A stretch of DNA of 64,000 nucleotides from Felis catus (Eukaryota), in NCBI RefSeq assembly GCF_018350175.1, contig NC_058368.1, positions 134,666,001 through 134,730,000 on the forward strand, written 5' to 3'. The position numbers and the translations under genes were made by a program. Shown piece after piece: positions 39,608 to 53,319 of the stretch; position 1 is the stretch's first letter; each line of letters begins with the position of its first letter. The notes under the pieces are model-generated. The model made no database searches and had not been told where the DNA came from. It worked only from the letters and a program-made list of their open reading frames with translations.

Positions 39608-40649
39608 GTGTCATATCAGAAATAAGCACAGAAATTAAAACTTGAGAAATTTCTCAGTTGTGTATAATGCTCAGGGACACCTTCTAGGTGCCAGGCACTA
39701 GGGCTGTTGGCTTGCCTAAAGGAGCACACAGCCCAGGGAAGGGAAACAGACACCTAAATAAATATTTAATAATTTTAACAAAATGTTGTGTTATATAAAT
39801 AATATATGTAAGAGGTATATAAATAACGTGAAAAGAATTGGAAGTAAAACATCTTGAAAGAATAGAAATCAGGATAATCTGGAAGATTGAGTAGGCACAT
39901 TTCTGAAGTGTGGCATTAGTAAATCACCTCCATTGCATTTATCCAAGTCAAGAAGACAAAATGATGCCTTAAGTGGTAAAAAGTGGGAGAGAGAAATTGG
40001 GGGCAGGAGAGTTTTCATTTGTCAGCCTGATTTTGAGACTGAATTGTGAAAAAGACGAATACCTTGTGGTAGAAAGGATATGTGAAGAGCATAGCACCTA
40101 CTATGGGTCAGCAAGGATTATGCTAGCTGCTTGAGAAACAGCACTTAATAGCTCTGTCCTTGAGTAGCTCACAGTCTTGAGAAAGACACAGATAACTAGC
40201 AAACCATAATGTTTAAGTGCTATGCTAGCTGAAGCCCAGGAGACCTTTTTTTCTTGAATCTGTATTGGCTAGCAGACAGAAATCTCCTTGGGGAATACAA
40301 AAAAAAAAAAAAAAAAAAAAGGTAGAACCATAATTAGGAGCAGAAGCCCAAACCCTGGAGGTAGGAAGCAGAAGAGAAAACATCATCTTGAACCTCTTCT
40401 GAATCGGTGCAAACATGGCAGGTGTGGATTTGCGTACAAGTAACCACCTCAGGTAGACACACAGGTCAGCACCTGCATCCACAAACACAGGTGGTTGGGG
40501 AGCATTTTTGAAAATTTAGCTACTAAATGACAGTCTCCTGTTCCTACACCAAGTCAATCTGGCCTTATTTTCTAGTCTCTTTAAAGAGAACCAGGAATTC
40601 AAAACCATTCAAGGGGCAATGAAACCCAAATAAAGTTAATTCCCTGCTC

Positions 40650-40832
40650 CTGTGGTTCTCCCTCTCTGATCATGAGTTTGTTAAATACAAATTCCTGGGA
40701 CCATCCCATAGCTATAACATTAAATTTAGGAATGGGCTTGGGCCATGTGTATTTTTCCCCCCTTTTTTCACGTACCCCTAAGGATTCTGATAGAGGTAGC
40801 TTATAACCCTCCCTTTAAGGAGCATTGCCTTA
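40650..40832. mobile_element. MER5-like hAT MITE
   Basis: 'gtggttctc...tttgttaaatacaaattcctggg...gtatttt...ggattctgat...' MER5 pattern. Confidence 0.55.
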
Positions 40833-41496
40833 GATGATACAAACAGATCCATACTAGTCAGATACAATCAGGTATTTTGATCCCAGAGTGATGATAAAAT
40901 GTATCAGCCATGTTTTTTAAATGATTACCATATTACAGATAAGTAATTAACATGGCCATTCCCATTAAGCAAATTCAAATAGGAAATTACATGAACAGTG
41001 CCCTTCCCTCCTTCATCCCCCTCACACCCTCATTCACCACCCTACCCTCTTAATTATGAATAAGGTTCCTTCCAGACCTGTTTCTGTATAATCACATAAC
41101 TATAAATGTGATACAGCTAAATTTTACTTTGTTGTAATTTGACAGAAACTCGTTTTTTTCATTTAATGTGTAGGGATTTTCCAAGCTAGAATTTATAAAC
41201 ACTTTCCTTTATTTTTTATCTGTTCTTTAATATTTTAGTATAGATATACCATAATTTGCTTTATTTCTTTTCAACAGGTCTACATTTAGGTGATCTCTCC
41301 CCCTTTTTTTTTTGCTACCATGGAAAATGTGTCGTGAACTAGCTTTATGTATGCTTTCTTAGGCATACATGCAAAAATTTCTCAGACATAGCCGCTGAGA
41401 GGTAGAATTTCTGAGTCCAAAGGTGGGCACGTTTCAAGTATGGTTTGTCTCAGATATTCCCTTTTACCACCACCTGATAAAAACTAAATATTATCC

Positions 41497-41725
41497 TTTT
41501 TTTTTTTAAGAGATGTTTTCAACGTTTTTTATTTATTTTTGGGACAGAGAGAGACAGAGCATGAACGGGGGAGGGGCAGAGAGAGAGGGAGACACAGAAT
41601 CGGAAACAGGCTCCAGGCTCTGAGCCATCAGCCCAGAGCCTGACGCGGGGCTCGAACCCACGGACCGCGAGATCGTGACCTGGCTGAAGTCGGATGCTTA
41701 ACCGACTGCGCCAGCCAGGCGCCCC
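41497..41725 (-). mobile_element. Young Can-SINE (SINEC_Fc) inside an old L1 fragment
   Basis: Near-identical to the 12500 copy; TSD tattatcctttttt. Confidence 0.97.
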
Positions 41726-43524
41726 AGTATTATCCTTTTTTAAAAGCCATCCTGATGGGTGGAATTATCTTACTTTAATCAACATTTCCCTAGTCTTTGC
41801 TAGATAGAGAATATTTCCAGAAGTATACAGGTCATCTGTGTTATTTCTCTGAATTGACTGCGCATAGCCTTTGCCCAATTTACCATTGATCTGTTTGTGG
41901 TTTTTTTTCTCTTTGACCTGTAGTCATTTAAAATAGCATGGGTGGTAAGTCTACCTACAAAATAATGAGAAAAGTAAGAAAAACAGTAATCACATGACAA
42001 TACTATTACGGCTCTCAATATGAAATCGTTATTGTAAACAGTATTTTATTTGATCCATTTGTCTTTTTGTTTAATTTATATGCCTGTTGTCATACAGAGG
42101 CTTATGGGGAGTGGTTGGTGGGATGAAGGAAGAGAGCAGAGCAAAACTTGACCAGGGTTTTCAGCTGCAGCAACTTGGTGGTCAGTGGGACCAGTAACTA
42201 ACACACAGGTTTGAGGAAAAGCAGCTTTGAGAAGGAAGGGGATTGTTGAGTTCTGTGTGGGGTATGTTGAATTTTACATCGCAACCAAACTTCTTGCTTG
42301 TGATGACCAGTAGTAAGTTGGAAATCCACACATCACTTACCAAACAAGCTATCCTGTTCTGAGTGTTGGCGGCTGAAGGCTGACCTGTTCTAGTTTTGCC
42401 GTGTGGGTCCATCCATGTTCTTTGCCTTTGAGGTTGGAGCCTGGCCACCAGCTCAAAGTACGTGATGTCAAGTTCTTAGAGCCAGAGTGACTAGATCTCT
42501 GCTAGGTGAACTCGCCCTCAGCGCCCTTGTTCTTTCACTGAAATACGATGTTGCACATGTTTTTAAAATACCGCTTGTGGGCAATAATTATTTCCAAGCT
42601 TGATTTGCTTTCTGGAATAGTGTGCAGGTTAATGTGGTCTTTGTCAGCTTCCTCTGTGGTGTGCCGTGGCCAGGGCCAGAAAGTCAAAAGCTGATGGTGC
42701 AGCCCAGCAACCGTCATACTCCGATGGTTGAGAAATCTCAGATTCAGGTGTGGCTTTATGAGGGAATATGTGGTTAGAGGGCCATATTACTGGTTTTAAT
42801 GAGTGTATAAACCTCCCATTAGGTGATATAGAAGGGACTGATTGTAAAAGTCAAGAAAACCACTGGGTAAAATCATGATAAAAGGAGATATTACCCTGCT
42901 CCAAAGTGTCTCCAACTCGAAATGATCAGTGAAGTGTGAAATTCTTGAGAAGGCAGTATAGTTTTGTTTTTTTTTTTAATGTGGTGTTTGTTGGGAGTGT
43001 AGTTCTGAAACATTTGTTCATATTGTTTTGATTACTTTTATGTTATTACCAGATGAAAATAAATGCTGTGGCGTTGTTTTTATTTAAAAAAAAAAGTTAC
43101 TCCCAATCTCTTTCCAAGGTTGCTACCTGTTTGTCCTAATTTGCACAATTTCCAAACGATTGGAACCTAGCCAGCCCTGATGTTACAACAGCTACCAACT
43201 TTTCCTGCTTCAGGGCTTTTTGTATTTTATGAATGTGGGCAGTTTATAGCTGTTTATAGGATATATTATTAACCTCTATTATTGAATCATCAGCTTGATA
43301 CCTGCAAAAACTTGCAGATTTTACATTGAGTCCCTGAAACTCAGAGAAAGTGCCTTTACCAGAACCGTACAGGTAGTAAGTAAAAGCACCAGGGTTTAAA
43401 CAAAATCTACCTGGAGTGATGTTCATGCAGAATAGTATTTAAGCCTAAAGCTCAGGAAAAAGTTCTTGGCTGGAAATACCGTTTGGCAAAACACTATGTA
43501 TTTGGAAGCTCCAGATCTGACACA

Positions 43525-43650
43525 TGACTGTGCTTTTGCAAAGGGCCCACCCTTGGTTTCATGCTCTGCTCCTGCCATCTTGAATAACTGTTGACCAAAC
43601 AACCCTGCCTTTTCAGTACATGCTAGGCCTCACATTATGTAGCTAGCCCT
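43525..43650. mobile_element. MER53-like hAT MITE fragment
   Basis: 'aagggccc...cttggtttcatgctctgct..tgccatcttgaa...attatgtagctagccctg' matches the recalled MER53 3' half. Confidence 0.6.
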
Positions 43651-46600
43651 GAGTACATGAGATCGCTAAGGAACGTGAATAAACTAGGAAGAACTGGAGG
43701 GCAAGGGACAGAGTCAGGCAAACCCAATCTGGAGGTGTTGGCAGAGGTATAGGTGTCCCGTGAAGAGGACTGCGAAATAATGATGAGAAAAGTAGGGAGG
43801 AAGCCACTGCAGAGGGATGTGCTAGAGGAAGTGAGAGGAGTTTCCAGAGTGAAGGCTGGTTCTGCTGCATCACAGGTGGGAGAGGGGTCCAGGCAGCTGG
43901 AATCCCACATGAGACCTGTGTTTTACCAGGGCTCAGGAGGTGGGAAATGGTACCGGTAGAGGCGAGGTGCAGCCCAACTTTGAGGAAGAGAACGAGAAGT
44001 GGAGCAGATATGCATAGTTTATTCAAGGAAGCATTTGCTTCCTTGTGCAGGGAGGGCACAGTTTGAAGGAGAGGCAGTGTCAGTGGACAGCAGTTTTATA
44101 ATGAGAGAAATCAGAAAATGGCTGTGCACAGAAGGGAGAAGGCAGCAAGGACAAATGGTAGAAAGGAATTTAAGACTCGAGAACTTAGTCTCAAGTCACA
44201 TAAGATGGGTGAGACAGACGGTGGGCCTGCAGTTGGGGATATCAGCCATATGGAGTCAAGAGGACGGAGGGCAGGCTGGGGGCAGGTGGACAAGACAAGG
44301 TGGAAGTTAAGAAACTGGAGGAACTCAGGCTACCTGACTTCTCTTCTCTCCAGTGACGTGAGAGCAAAGTTCCAAGTGTGGAAACAGGAGAAGGGATGAA
44401 AGTCCTTTCCAATTGGAAAGGGAGCCAATCAAGCACGAATAACAGAAGAGTAAGGCTTTAGGGCCCCTGGCTCCCTCAAGTTCATGTGAGACATCTAGCA
44501 TTTCCTTCAATGGCTGTTTTGAATTCAAAGTTTAGAGAGTCATTTTCACACTCCTATTCACTTGTTGCTAGTTCAGAAGTAGATAGAAAGTAGCCTTTCT
44601 CCTGATTGTTTTGCCTGTAGTTTGGATCTGAAAATTACCAGGAAGGTAAGACCGAAAGATCTAGATTCTCTGCTTACAGAATGGGGATTCTAGGAAGTCT
44701 TGATATTTCAAAATCTCTAATTACACTAATCTTTGAATCTCTGTCATATCTATACAAGCCTCCTAGCAGGCTCTAGGCATTGACATAGGCACAGTGTCAT
44801 TTATTCCTTACAAGACTTGTATATATCATTATCCTAATTATACAGATGAAGCAATTGAAAGTCTGAGAATGAAGCAAGTTGTTCAGGATCGTAGCTATTA
44901 CCACAGTCAGGATTCAAATCGAGCCTGACACTTCTGTGGATGACCGCTCCTCCCCGAGCACATGTGTAAAAGGAATTCATGTCTCAGAGTAATTTTGCAC
45001 ATATGTTCCCACCTGACCTTCATATACAACCCTGAAAGATAGTTGTTGCTGCCCCATTTTTCAGGTAAGGAAACTGTAGCTGAATGTAATTCGCCCAGAG
45101 TTAGCCAGTTAGTAAATGAATTCAGCCTTCTGAACTTAAAAGCCTATGTCCTTTGCAGAAAAGAAGTTCAGGGCAATACTCCTCCTCCAAATGCAACGTA
45201 CCATGTTTGCGTACAGCTGCTTACTTTATGATGTGATAATGCTATCTGAGGAGACGCAGCATAGAGCCTGCTTCCTGAAAGAAGAGAAGGGTGTAAGTTA
45301 ATGGCAATTAAGAATTTCTCCAAGATAAGGTACAGGATGGAATTTAGGAAGAATCAGGGGATTGGAGGAAACATGAGAGTTGTTAACTGTGAAGAGTCAC
45401 CCAAAGTGGTGCCCAGAAAGGACAGAAGAAAGTTCCCCTTTGTCTCAGGAATCAGGTTGAGGTCAGTGCGAGGAGACCTTTTCACCCTGACAATCAGTGG
45501 TGCCCAAGGAACCGGAGGACAAAAAATCCATGATCCCCTAAGGTGGATCCCTGCCTTGGTTTGGGCTGAAAATGAAGGAGCCTTGGAAATCAAGTCTAGA
45601 GAAAGAACCTGGCATTGGAGGGACCGAGAATAGGGAGGCCCTGGCCCAAAAAATCAGTTAGTAGTTGAAGCTGTGCTGAACTATAACTTAACACATCTCT
45701 ATGTAGCTTGGATGCACTGAAGTGCGTCGCATCATAGTTTGATTCCTTGCGTTCCAACTTATTAAACAGTGTGGTGGACAGAAACACAGCAGAAAAAATG
45801 GAGGAAGTCAGCAACTCCCCCAAAGTGCCATCTTTAAAGGAGAATTTCTTTTTCACTTGGATGAATGGTGATGACAGCAGCAGAGAGTTACTGGAATGAT
45901 CGCCGTCTGCATGCAGCTGCCTCCCTGGCACCTTTCGTGCTCCGTCCGGGTCTGTCCCCACCCCGAGCCCTCCCCCTCCACATTAGGCCAGAGTTGATCT
46001 GGCTTCTCCGACCAATCCGCACGGACCTGCTTGTCCTTGGCCCAGCTCAGGAAGCTTGCTAAGTCAATGCCACAGATTTCTCACTGGGTTTAGTAACTTA
46101 AAAGTGAGAAATGTCACAATACATGTCACTACCCTGACCTCCATCTTCATAGAGCAAGAGAAGATGTCTAGGTTTATATCTGTAACTGTGTGCAAATACA
46201 TGTGTGTATATAGACATGGATATTCACACACACATACACCGTGCCATCGGCAGCTTATTTGAAATTGATTTCCCAAAGGGGTAATGAAAATTGAAAGCTT
46301 CATCAAAATAAGATGACATGAGTAGTTTCATGTTGCCAAAACCATTAAAATGAATGAGATAGTTAGGCTCCTGGCACAGGGCCACCTTGCTTAGGCTGTA
46401 CTGCTATCAAAGCCCTGCTGGTTAATCAGCAGCCCTCCAAGGACAGCTGTTATTTGGTTGGCGAATGCATTTCTCTTTGGCGCATGTCCTCACGTTGTAG
46501 AATACTCGAACTGTCTTGTTGAGCAAAGCAGACACAGGGGATTATATTCCTAGGATTTGAGCAAAGACCTAGGTGATGAAACATCATCTTTCTTAAAAGC

Positions 46601-46697
46601 CTTACCTTGTGTACTATGAACAGCATTGAACCTCTCATATTTTGCAGTCGGCTAAGTTAGGGGGATAAAAAGATATTTGAAATGTTTAAACGTTCAG

Positions 46698-47250
46698 AGT
46701 GGTACACCCTTGGGAAAATGGTTTGGCGGTTCCCTAAAAACTTAAACATACACCAGCCATCTTATCCCCTACGTGTTTATCCGAGAGAAATGAAAGCCTA
46801 AGTCCATACAAAGACCCACAGCAGAATGTTCATAGCACATGGTTATAATAAACATCTCAACAACCTGTATTTCCATTCACAGGTAAATGGGTAAGCAAAC
46901 TGTGGTACATCCGTGCAACGGAACACTACTCAGCAAGAGCAAGGAATGAGCTATTGATACGATGCAATAATGTGTGGAATCCCAACATAATTAGGCAGAG
47001 TGCAAGAAGCCACGCAAAAGTACTTGTCACATTTGTATGGAATTACAGAAAATGTGAACTGATCAAATGTGACAAAGCTAATCATTTGTGAGGGAGCCCA
47101 AGGGAACAGTTGATTAACTTAGTCATGGAGATAGTTTCACAGGTGTATGTGCCTATCAAAACTTACCACATTATGTACTATTAAATAGATGCTATTTATT
47201 ACATTTTAAGCATAGCTCAGTAGCTGTGTACAAAACCAAAATAAAACAAC
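46698..47250 (+). mobile_element. Old L1 (L1MC-like) 3' end
   Basis: L1 ORF2 end and 3' UTR: 'ggaaaatggtttggcggttcc', 'gagaaatgaaagcc', 'aaactgtggtacatcc', A-rich tail. Confidence 0.85.
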
Positions 47251-48033
47251 TGGGGAGTGTATAGAGGAATGCAAACTATACAAGATTGGCCAGGATATCC
47301 CGGTTCTCTATGAGTTGATTAAGGAGACACTACATGGCTAACTGACATAATAGATTTTGAAAAAAAATCACGAAGTATGTTTATTTTGTGTTAGTTACAC
47401 ATGTTTCTCTACCACCTTAGCCTCTTCCTCTCACCTCCTGCTCATAGCACTCTTAGTGGTTAAAAAGAGTTATTATTTAACAGGAAATATTTTGGTTCAT
47501 TGTTAGGGATTTCAGCTTCTAATATGTTTTTCTTCCTTTTGATTTAGTGTGGGAATTCTGATATACTATGGGGGGTAAAAAATTTTAAGAGGAAAATTTG
47601 GAGATGAAATTGGAAGTGGGTAATTAATGGAGTAGGTAGTAGTCAACAGAAATTAGCACTTGGAATGGAAAGTTCACTTCGGAAAGAAGGAAGGACACTG
47701 TTATCATGCCTACTCTTAAATTATTATTATTATGGAAATGGAATCAGAGGAATAGGAAAAGGGTTGGGGAACAGTCAGGGAGTTGGAGTTCTCTGGGTTG
47801 TCAGTGGATAGTCTTGAGATCAAGATGGGGATTTGATGGAGGGTGTGAAATCAGTACACACTTGACAAGAGGTAGGGAAATGGAAAAAAAAAAGTTTTGC
47901 TAAATAGGAAACGTATAGCAGATCTGAACTCACCTGGCATGAGTTTTTGTAGAGGCTACCCCTCCTGGTTTTGTGAAATTTTCAACAATATGGGTGACAT
48001 TCAGTTAGAGGTATGATCAGCCTTCTTTCTCCC

Positions 48034-48553
48034 TGGAGAAAAATTTATTATATTTAGAATTAGCCAGCTGGACTGACATGATCCCAAGTTTGCTGATCAC
48101 AGAGAAAGCATCTTCTGGTCACGGGCCAGTGGAACACACACCTTCTTCTCTCCATCATTCCTGCTCAGAGTGTTGACCTTGGCCGCCTCAGTGTCCTACA
48201 GCCTCTTCGCAGGCTGGACGATCAGGTGGCTCATTAGCCAGGACATCCACAGTGAACACACACGTACTGTCATCCGCCTCTGTGACCCACTTGATGGTCG
48301 AGGGGAATTGGGTCCTAGTAATCGAGCTCGTTTCTCCTTGGAGCATTCTTTCAAGGATCTTTGGGCAGGAGTGTCTTGGACTGCCGGGTGGGTGATCTGT
48401 GGACTTCTGTTGCTGGTGTTGCTGTGGACATCTTCCAGTGCTGCCTTCTTGACCCTCAAAGCCTCTGCCTTGGCCTCAGCTTCGGGAGGAGCAGGGGCAT
48501 CACACAGCTAACTTTCCTTCTTTGCTTTCGGCACCATCTCCATGTAAGGGCTC
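48034..48553 (-). pseudogene. RPL23A: Processed ribosomal protein L23a pseudogene
   Basis: Minus strand from ATG at 48537 reads MVPKAKKE..APAPPEAEAKAEALRVKKAALEDVHS..., later AKVNTLSRNDGEKKVCVPLA and KLGIM, then 3' UTR 'gtccagctggctaattctaaatat'. Intronless, with frameshifts and stops. Confidence 0.95.
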
Positions 48554-49950
48554 AGTCTTCATTTTTTGAGGAGAAAAAAATGTGTTCTCATATTTGAAAA
48601 ATATTTTGAAATCTCTTGCCAGGCAGGTAAACCATGACATTGAAAATAATTGAGTTACATTTCCTTAAAACTGCTCACAAACCCTCAAATAGCTTCCATA
48701 AGCGTATTGTGTCTCTCAAACCTGAACTTTACTGTATGTGTTAACAGACAACTTTTACAGCTAATTATAAATAAGGCTATTGTAATCATGCTCGCTAACA
48801 TTTACTGCCTGCTTACAGTAAGTGTTACGCATTTACAAAAGGGCAGACACTGCTTTAGGCACTTCTGAATATATTAACTGAATGCTCATAACAACACAAT
48901 TACATGCTTTACAAAGGGAAAAACTGAAACAGAAAGTTTAGACATCTGACGAATGACAAAGCTAGGACTCAGCAGTCTGGCTTCCAAGCCCAGTATCTAA
49001 CCTCTGCAGTATAGTACCTCCCATATTATGTCATGTCACAGTTACATCAGACCAGCAGGACTCATGGGAGTAAGTCCCTGCCATCGGTAATAGCATCTCC
49101 AGGCCAATGCAACAGCTGAAATTGAAACTTCATTACACAGTTTTCTTTTCTCAAAGCCTACATGATACAGATCAGCAGCCTCTAGAGGTGGTAAGGGAAG
49201 AGGAGTTTAACCTTCCTCCCTTTTCCCAAACTTCCCTTTTACTCCACCTCCCTTGTCTTGCTAGCTGTGGTTTCTGACCCCTGCCCTCCAGGGCCAAAAG
49301 GGGGAAGCAGAGCTAAAGTGGCAAGAAATGTCTTGCCTAACTGGCAAAAATCTGACCTTAGTTTTCTGTAGCTATGGGTTAAAGGCTGACTATCTCTCAA
49401 AGGTACATTTGTGGTTGTTTGCAGCCCCTCCCCCATTACCAGATTTCTCACTTGTAATTCCCTAGAGGAATGCCAGTCCAACTGCTCATGTAGCTCCTTC
49501 TTCATTTTCTGGATGTCTGACATTTTACTCCTGTTGGAATCTTTGACCCATCAAGGCAGTACTCTTGAACAAATCCTGTGATGAGCATACAGCATTCTCT
49601 CCTACTGAACTGTACCTGATCCCAAGAACCATCCCACCAGCCTCTGCCCCAACCAATTCCAATGGTCCAGGCTGCCAATATGGCCACTGCTCCTTTGCTC
49701 AGCCACCCCCTTTACATTTCCCATGGGAAGGCAGGAGTGCTGGTCCACTTAGAATTATAGACTCGTGAGGACATATTTTATGAGGCTTCTTAAATCCCTC
49801 ATGTCTGGATTTAAGAAAGGAGTGGGAGCTACTTACATTTGGTGAGAAGGAGTCCCAGCACATTCCTGGTCGTCACCAAAAATTCTCCTGTGATCTTCAA
49901 CCCCAACTAGTTTATTTTTCAGTGAGCATTAAGAGTTGGGAACCTAGAAT

Positions 49951-50150
49951 TATTTTTTAATTTTTTTTAACGTTTATTTACTTTTGAGACAGCACAAGCA
50001 GGGGAGGAAGAGAGAGAGAGGGAGACACAGAATCCGAATCAGGCTCCAGGCTCTGAGCTGTCAGCAGAGAGCCCAGTGCGGAACTCAAACTCACAAACCA
50101 TGAGATCATGACCTGAGCCGAAGTTGGGCACTTATCTGACTGAGCCACTC
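49951..50150 (-). mobile_element. Can-SINE (5' truncated)
   Basis: SINE body on the minus strand with poly(T). Confidence 0.9.
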
Positions 50151-50154
50151 ATTA

Positions 50155-51530
50155 AAAATCTGGGATTTTTAATAAGAAAGTTCAATAAGGTCCTGGGTAT
50201 AAGATTACTATGCCAAAGTCAATAGTGTTTCTACACAGTGTCAATAGCCAAATAAAAGGTAAGAAACTCATTGACAAAAGCAATAAAACTTATAAGCTAT
50301 TCAGAAATAAATCTAACTTAATCTGTGTAAGATAGTTATAAAGTTAAAATATTAATGAAGAACGTAGAAGGATCTGTAAGTGAAGAATTATGCCATATTT
50401 GTGGATAAAAAGGCACAATGTCATAAAGTCAATTTCTCCAAAATTATCTGCCAATTCAATAATGTTCCAATTAAGAAAACTTAAAATATTTGTCATTTGG
50501 TGATGAATGCAAAATACATACACAAGATTAAAGAGTCAGAAACACCAAATGATTCTGAAGAAAAAAGAACTCTTGATCTGCGAGATTGTAAGACTTATTT
50601 TAAAGTTATGGTAAAGTAAAAGTGACATATTTGTGTAGGAATAGACAAATAAGGAACAGCTCAGAGAATCAAAAATAGATCCAAGCATATATGAAAACTT
50701 GTTATAAAATGTGGCATTAAAAGTCTGTTGGAAAAGGATAAATCATTAAATAAAGTGGAACAAGTGAATAAAAATAGATTCCAGCCTCTAAAATAGTAAC
50801 AGATGTAAGTTCTGTGAAGATGAAAACTTGTGTTAAAAGCAAAACTTTTGGAGCAAAATATCAAGCTATCATGATACTGAGGAAAGTGGAAATATATAAG
50901 ATACTAAAAACAAAAGAAAAAGATGGAAACCTGTGACTTTGTTAAAATACAAAATATCTGTCCGACAAGAGACACCATAAACAGGGGCAAGCTATGAAGT
51001 GATGAAAGATATTTGCAAGCATATTGTAAGTAAAGGCTACTTTGCAGATTACACTGAGAGCTATCATATCGTTAAGAAGAACAGGGGCCCCTGGGTGGCT
51101 CAGTTGGTTCAGTGTCCCAACTTCAGCTCAGTTCATGATCTTGCTGTCTGTGAGTTTGAGCCCCACGTCGGGCTGTGTGCTGACAGCTCAGAGCCTGGAG
51201 CCTGCTTTGGATTCAGTCTCCCTCTCTTTCTGCCCCTCCCCTCCTCACATGCACACGCTCTCTCCCTCTCTCTCAAAAATAAACATAAAATTAAAGAAGA
51301 AAACAAATATAGGAAGATACCAACCAACAAAGAATATGAACATTATAAAGACCAGAAAATTCGAGTGGCCAGTCAGCCACTCAAAGAAGTTCGATCTGTT
51401 TTAGAAGTGGTGAGAGTAAAATTCTGTTCTTTACACCTGATGCTGGAAATAACTAAAAAGTCTTAAAATACCAAGTATTGGAGAAGAAGAAGAAAAACAG
51501 GAGCTTCTACTCACTGCTAGTGGGAGGACA
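50155..51530 (+). mobile_element. Old L1 ORF2 fossil (L1M-type) interrupted by a SINE
   Basis: A-rich L1 ORF2 pattern ('aagttcaataaggtcctgggtataagatt', 'gaatagacaaat..gaacag..cagagaatc', 'aagagacaccataaaca'). Confidence 0.75.
51083..51302 (+). mobile_element. Can-SINE
   Basis: SINE head, body and tail. Confidence 0.93.
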
Positions 51531-51594
51531 GAGTGATGAAAGAGAAGATTGATTTGTTTAATGTTTTTCCTTAAAAAAAAAACAAAGGCAAGGT

Positions 51595-51813
51595 GGGGCG
51601 CCTGGGTGGCTCAGTTGGTTAAGAGTCCCACTTCGGCTCAAGTCATGATCTCATGGTTCATGAGTTCGAGCCCCAGTGATGCTCTATGTTAACAGCTCAG
51701 AGCCTGGAGCCTGCTTCAGATTCTGTGTCTCCCTCTCTCTCTGCCCTTCCCCCACTCACACTCCCTATTTCTCTCTCAAAAATAAACATTAAAAAAATAA
51801 TAAAAATTAAAAA
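51595..51813 (+). mobile_element. Can-SINE
   Basis: SINE head, body and tail; TSD aaaggcaag. Confidence 0.94.
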
Positions 51814-52421
51814 GGCAAGTAAGATATTGTTGCCATGTATGCAGTCTAAGTGGTGCATATATGAATTTGAATCCCATCTAATTTTAAATTACTCGTTAGC
51901 TTTTTATTTTGAAATAGTTTGAGACCTTCAAACATTGTTAAAACAGGGTAAAGAATTTCTCTATACCCTTCACGCACTTTCCACAGATGTCAGCATCTTA
52001 CGTAATCACAGTAGTGATCAAAACCCAGCCATTGATACATCACTATTATCAAATCTACAGACCTTATTTATATCTAAAGTTTTTAATTAAAAAAATCTTA
52101 GTATCCCATGGTTTTTGTCTTTTAAATATGTACTGGGCTTTAATTTACAGGATGGCTCAGCCAAGTTACCAGTAAGGAGAAAACATATTTTCGGGCATAA
52201 AGTCTATCTATGTACAATTACTAAAGTGATGGAAATGCTTTTTTTCTGAACATATCCAGGAGAAGTGAGGGTCAGATAATTTACAGTAAGGCTTGAAAGA
52301 ACATTATGATTACATATATTTTATATCTCTAAATGCACCAACAAAGTTTGATGAGAAAAGTGGTTTTAGATAATCTTTTATTTTTTATTATGAACATTTC
52401 AGAACATACACAAGGTTACTC

Positions 52422-52637
52422 TTTTTTTTTTTTATGTTTTTATTTTTGAGGGAGAGCAAGACAGAGTGAGAGCAGGGGAAGGACAGAGAGAGAGAGAGAG
52501 AGACACAGAATTTGAAGCAGGCTCCAGGCTCTGAGCTGTCAGCACAGAGCCTGACGCGGGGCCCAAACTCATGAACCGCGAAATCGTGACCTGAGCCGAA
52601 GTTGGACGCTTAACCGACTGAGCCACCCAGGTGCCCC
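52422..52637 (-). mobile_element. Can-SINE
   Basis: SINE consensus; TSD caaggtta. Confidence 0.95.
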
Positions 52638-52651
52638 AAGGTTAAACATTC

Positions 52652-52870
52652 TTTTTTTTTTTTTAATTTTTTTAACGTTTATTTATTTTTGAGACAGAGA
52701 GAGGGCATGAACAGGGGAGGGTCAGAGAGAGGGAGACACAGAATCTGAAACAGGCTCCAGGCTCTGAGCTGTCAGCACAGAGCCCGACTCGGGGCTTGAA
52801 CTCACAGACTGTGAAATCATGACCTGAGCTGAAGTCGGCCGCTTAACCGACTGAGCCACCCAGGTGCCCC
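52652..52870 (-). mobile_element. Can-SINE
   Basis: SINE consensus; TSD aaacattctt. Confidence 0.95.
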
Positions 52871-53319
52871 AAACATTCTTAAAGCAACGATGGATCTTGA
52901 AAAATGCATGCTTAATTTACAAATGTACACAAGTGAGGCTTGAGCCAACAGTGATATTCAAAAAACAGCTACTTTATTCACTCTCTGGCTCCCTCAACAA
53001 ATAGTTGACTATCCCTCCCTCCCTCCTCAGTGATTTTCTAAGAAGTTTTCACTATTGATGCAAAATTGTCCAGGTGCTTAATTAAGAGGGCAACTGGGAT
53101 TTGGAATTTTCCTTCTTTATAGGCTTTTAGATGAGTATTAAAAACTTTACCTCTCACATGGTTTAAGTGCCTGGAAACTAGATGAAGGATTTGATGCTTT
53201 TGGAAAAACACCTCAAGGCCTCTGACTCTGTGGTCGGAGCCATGACTGAACATAGGTGAACATACCCACTGACGTCCGGTCTCTCCTGCAAGATACAGTA
53301 GGTACCCCTAGGAAGACCA

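Noticed and set aside
50999..51466. Longest ORF in the track (155 aa)
   Set aside because: Chimeric read-through of an L1 fossil and a Can-SINE.
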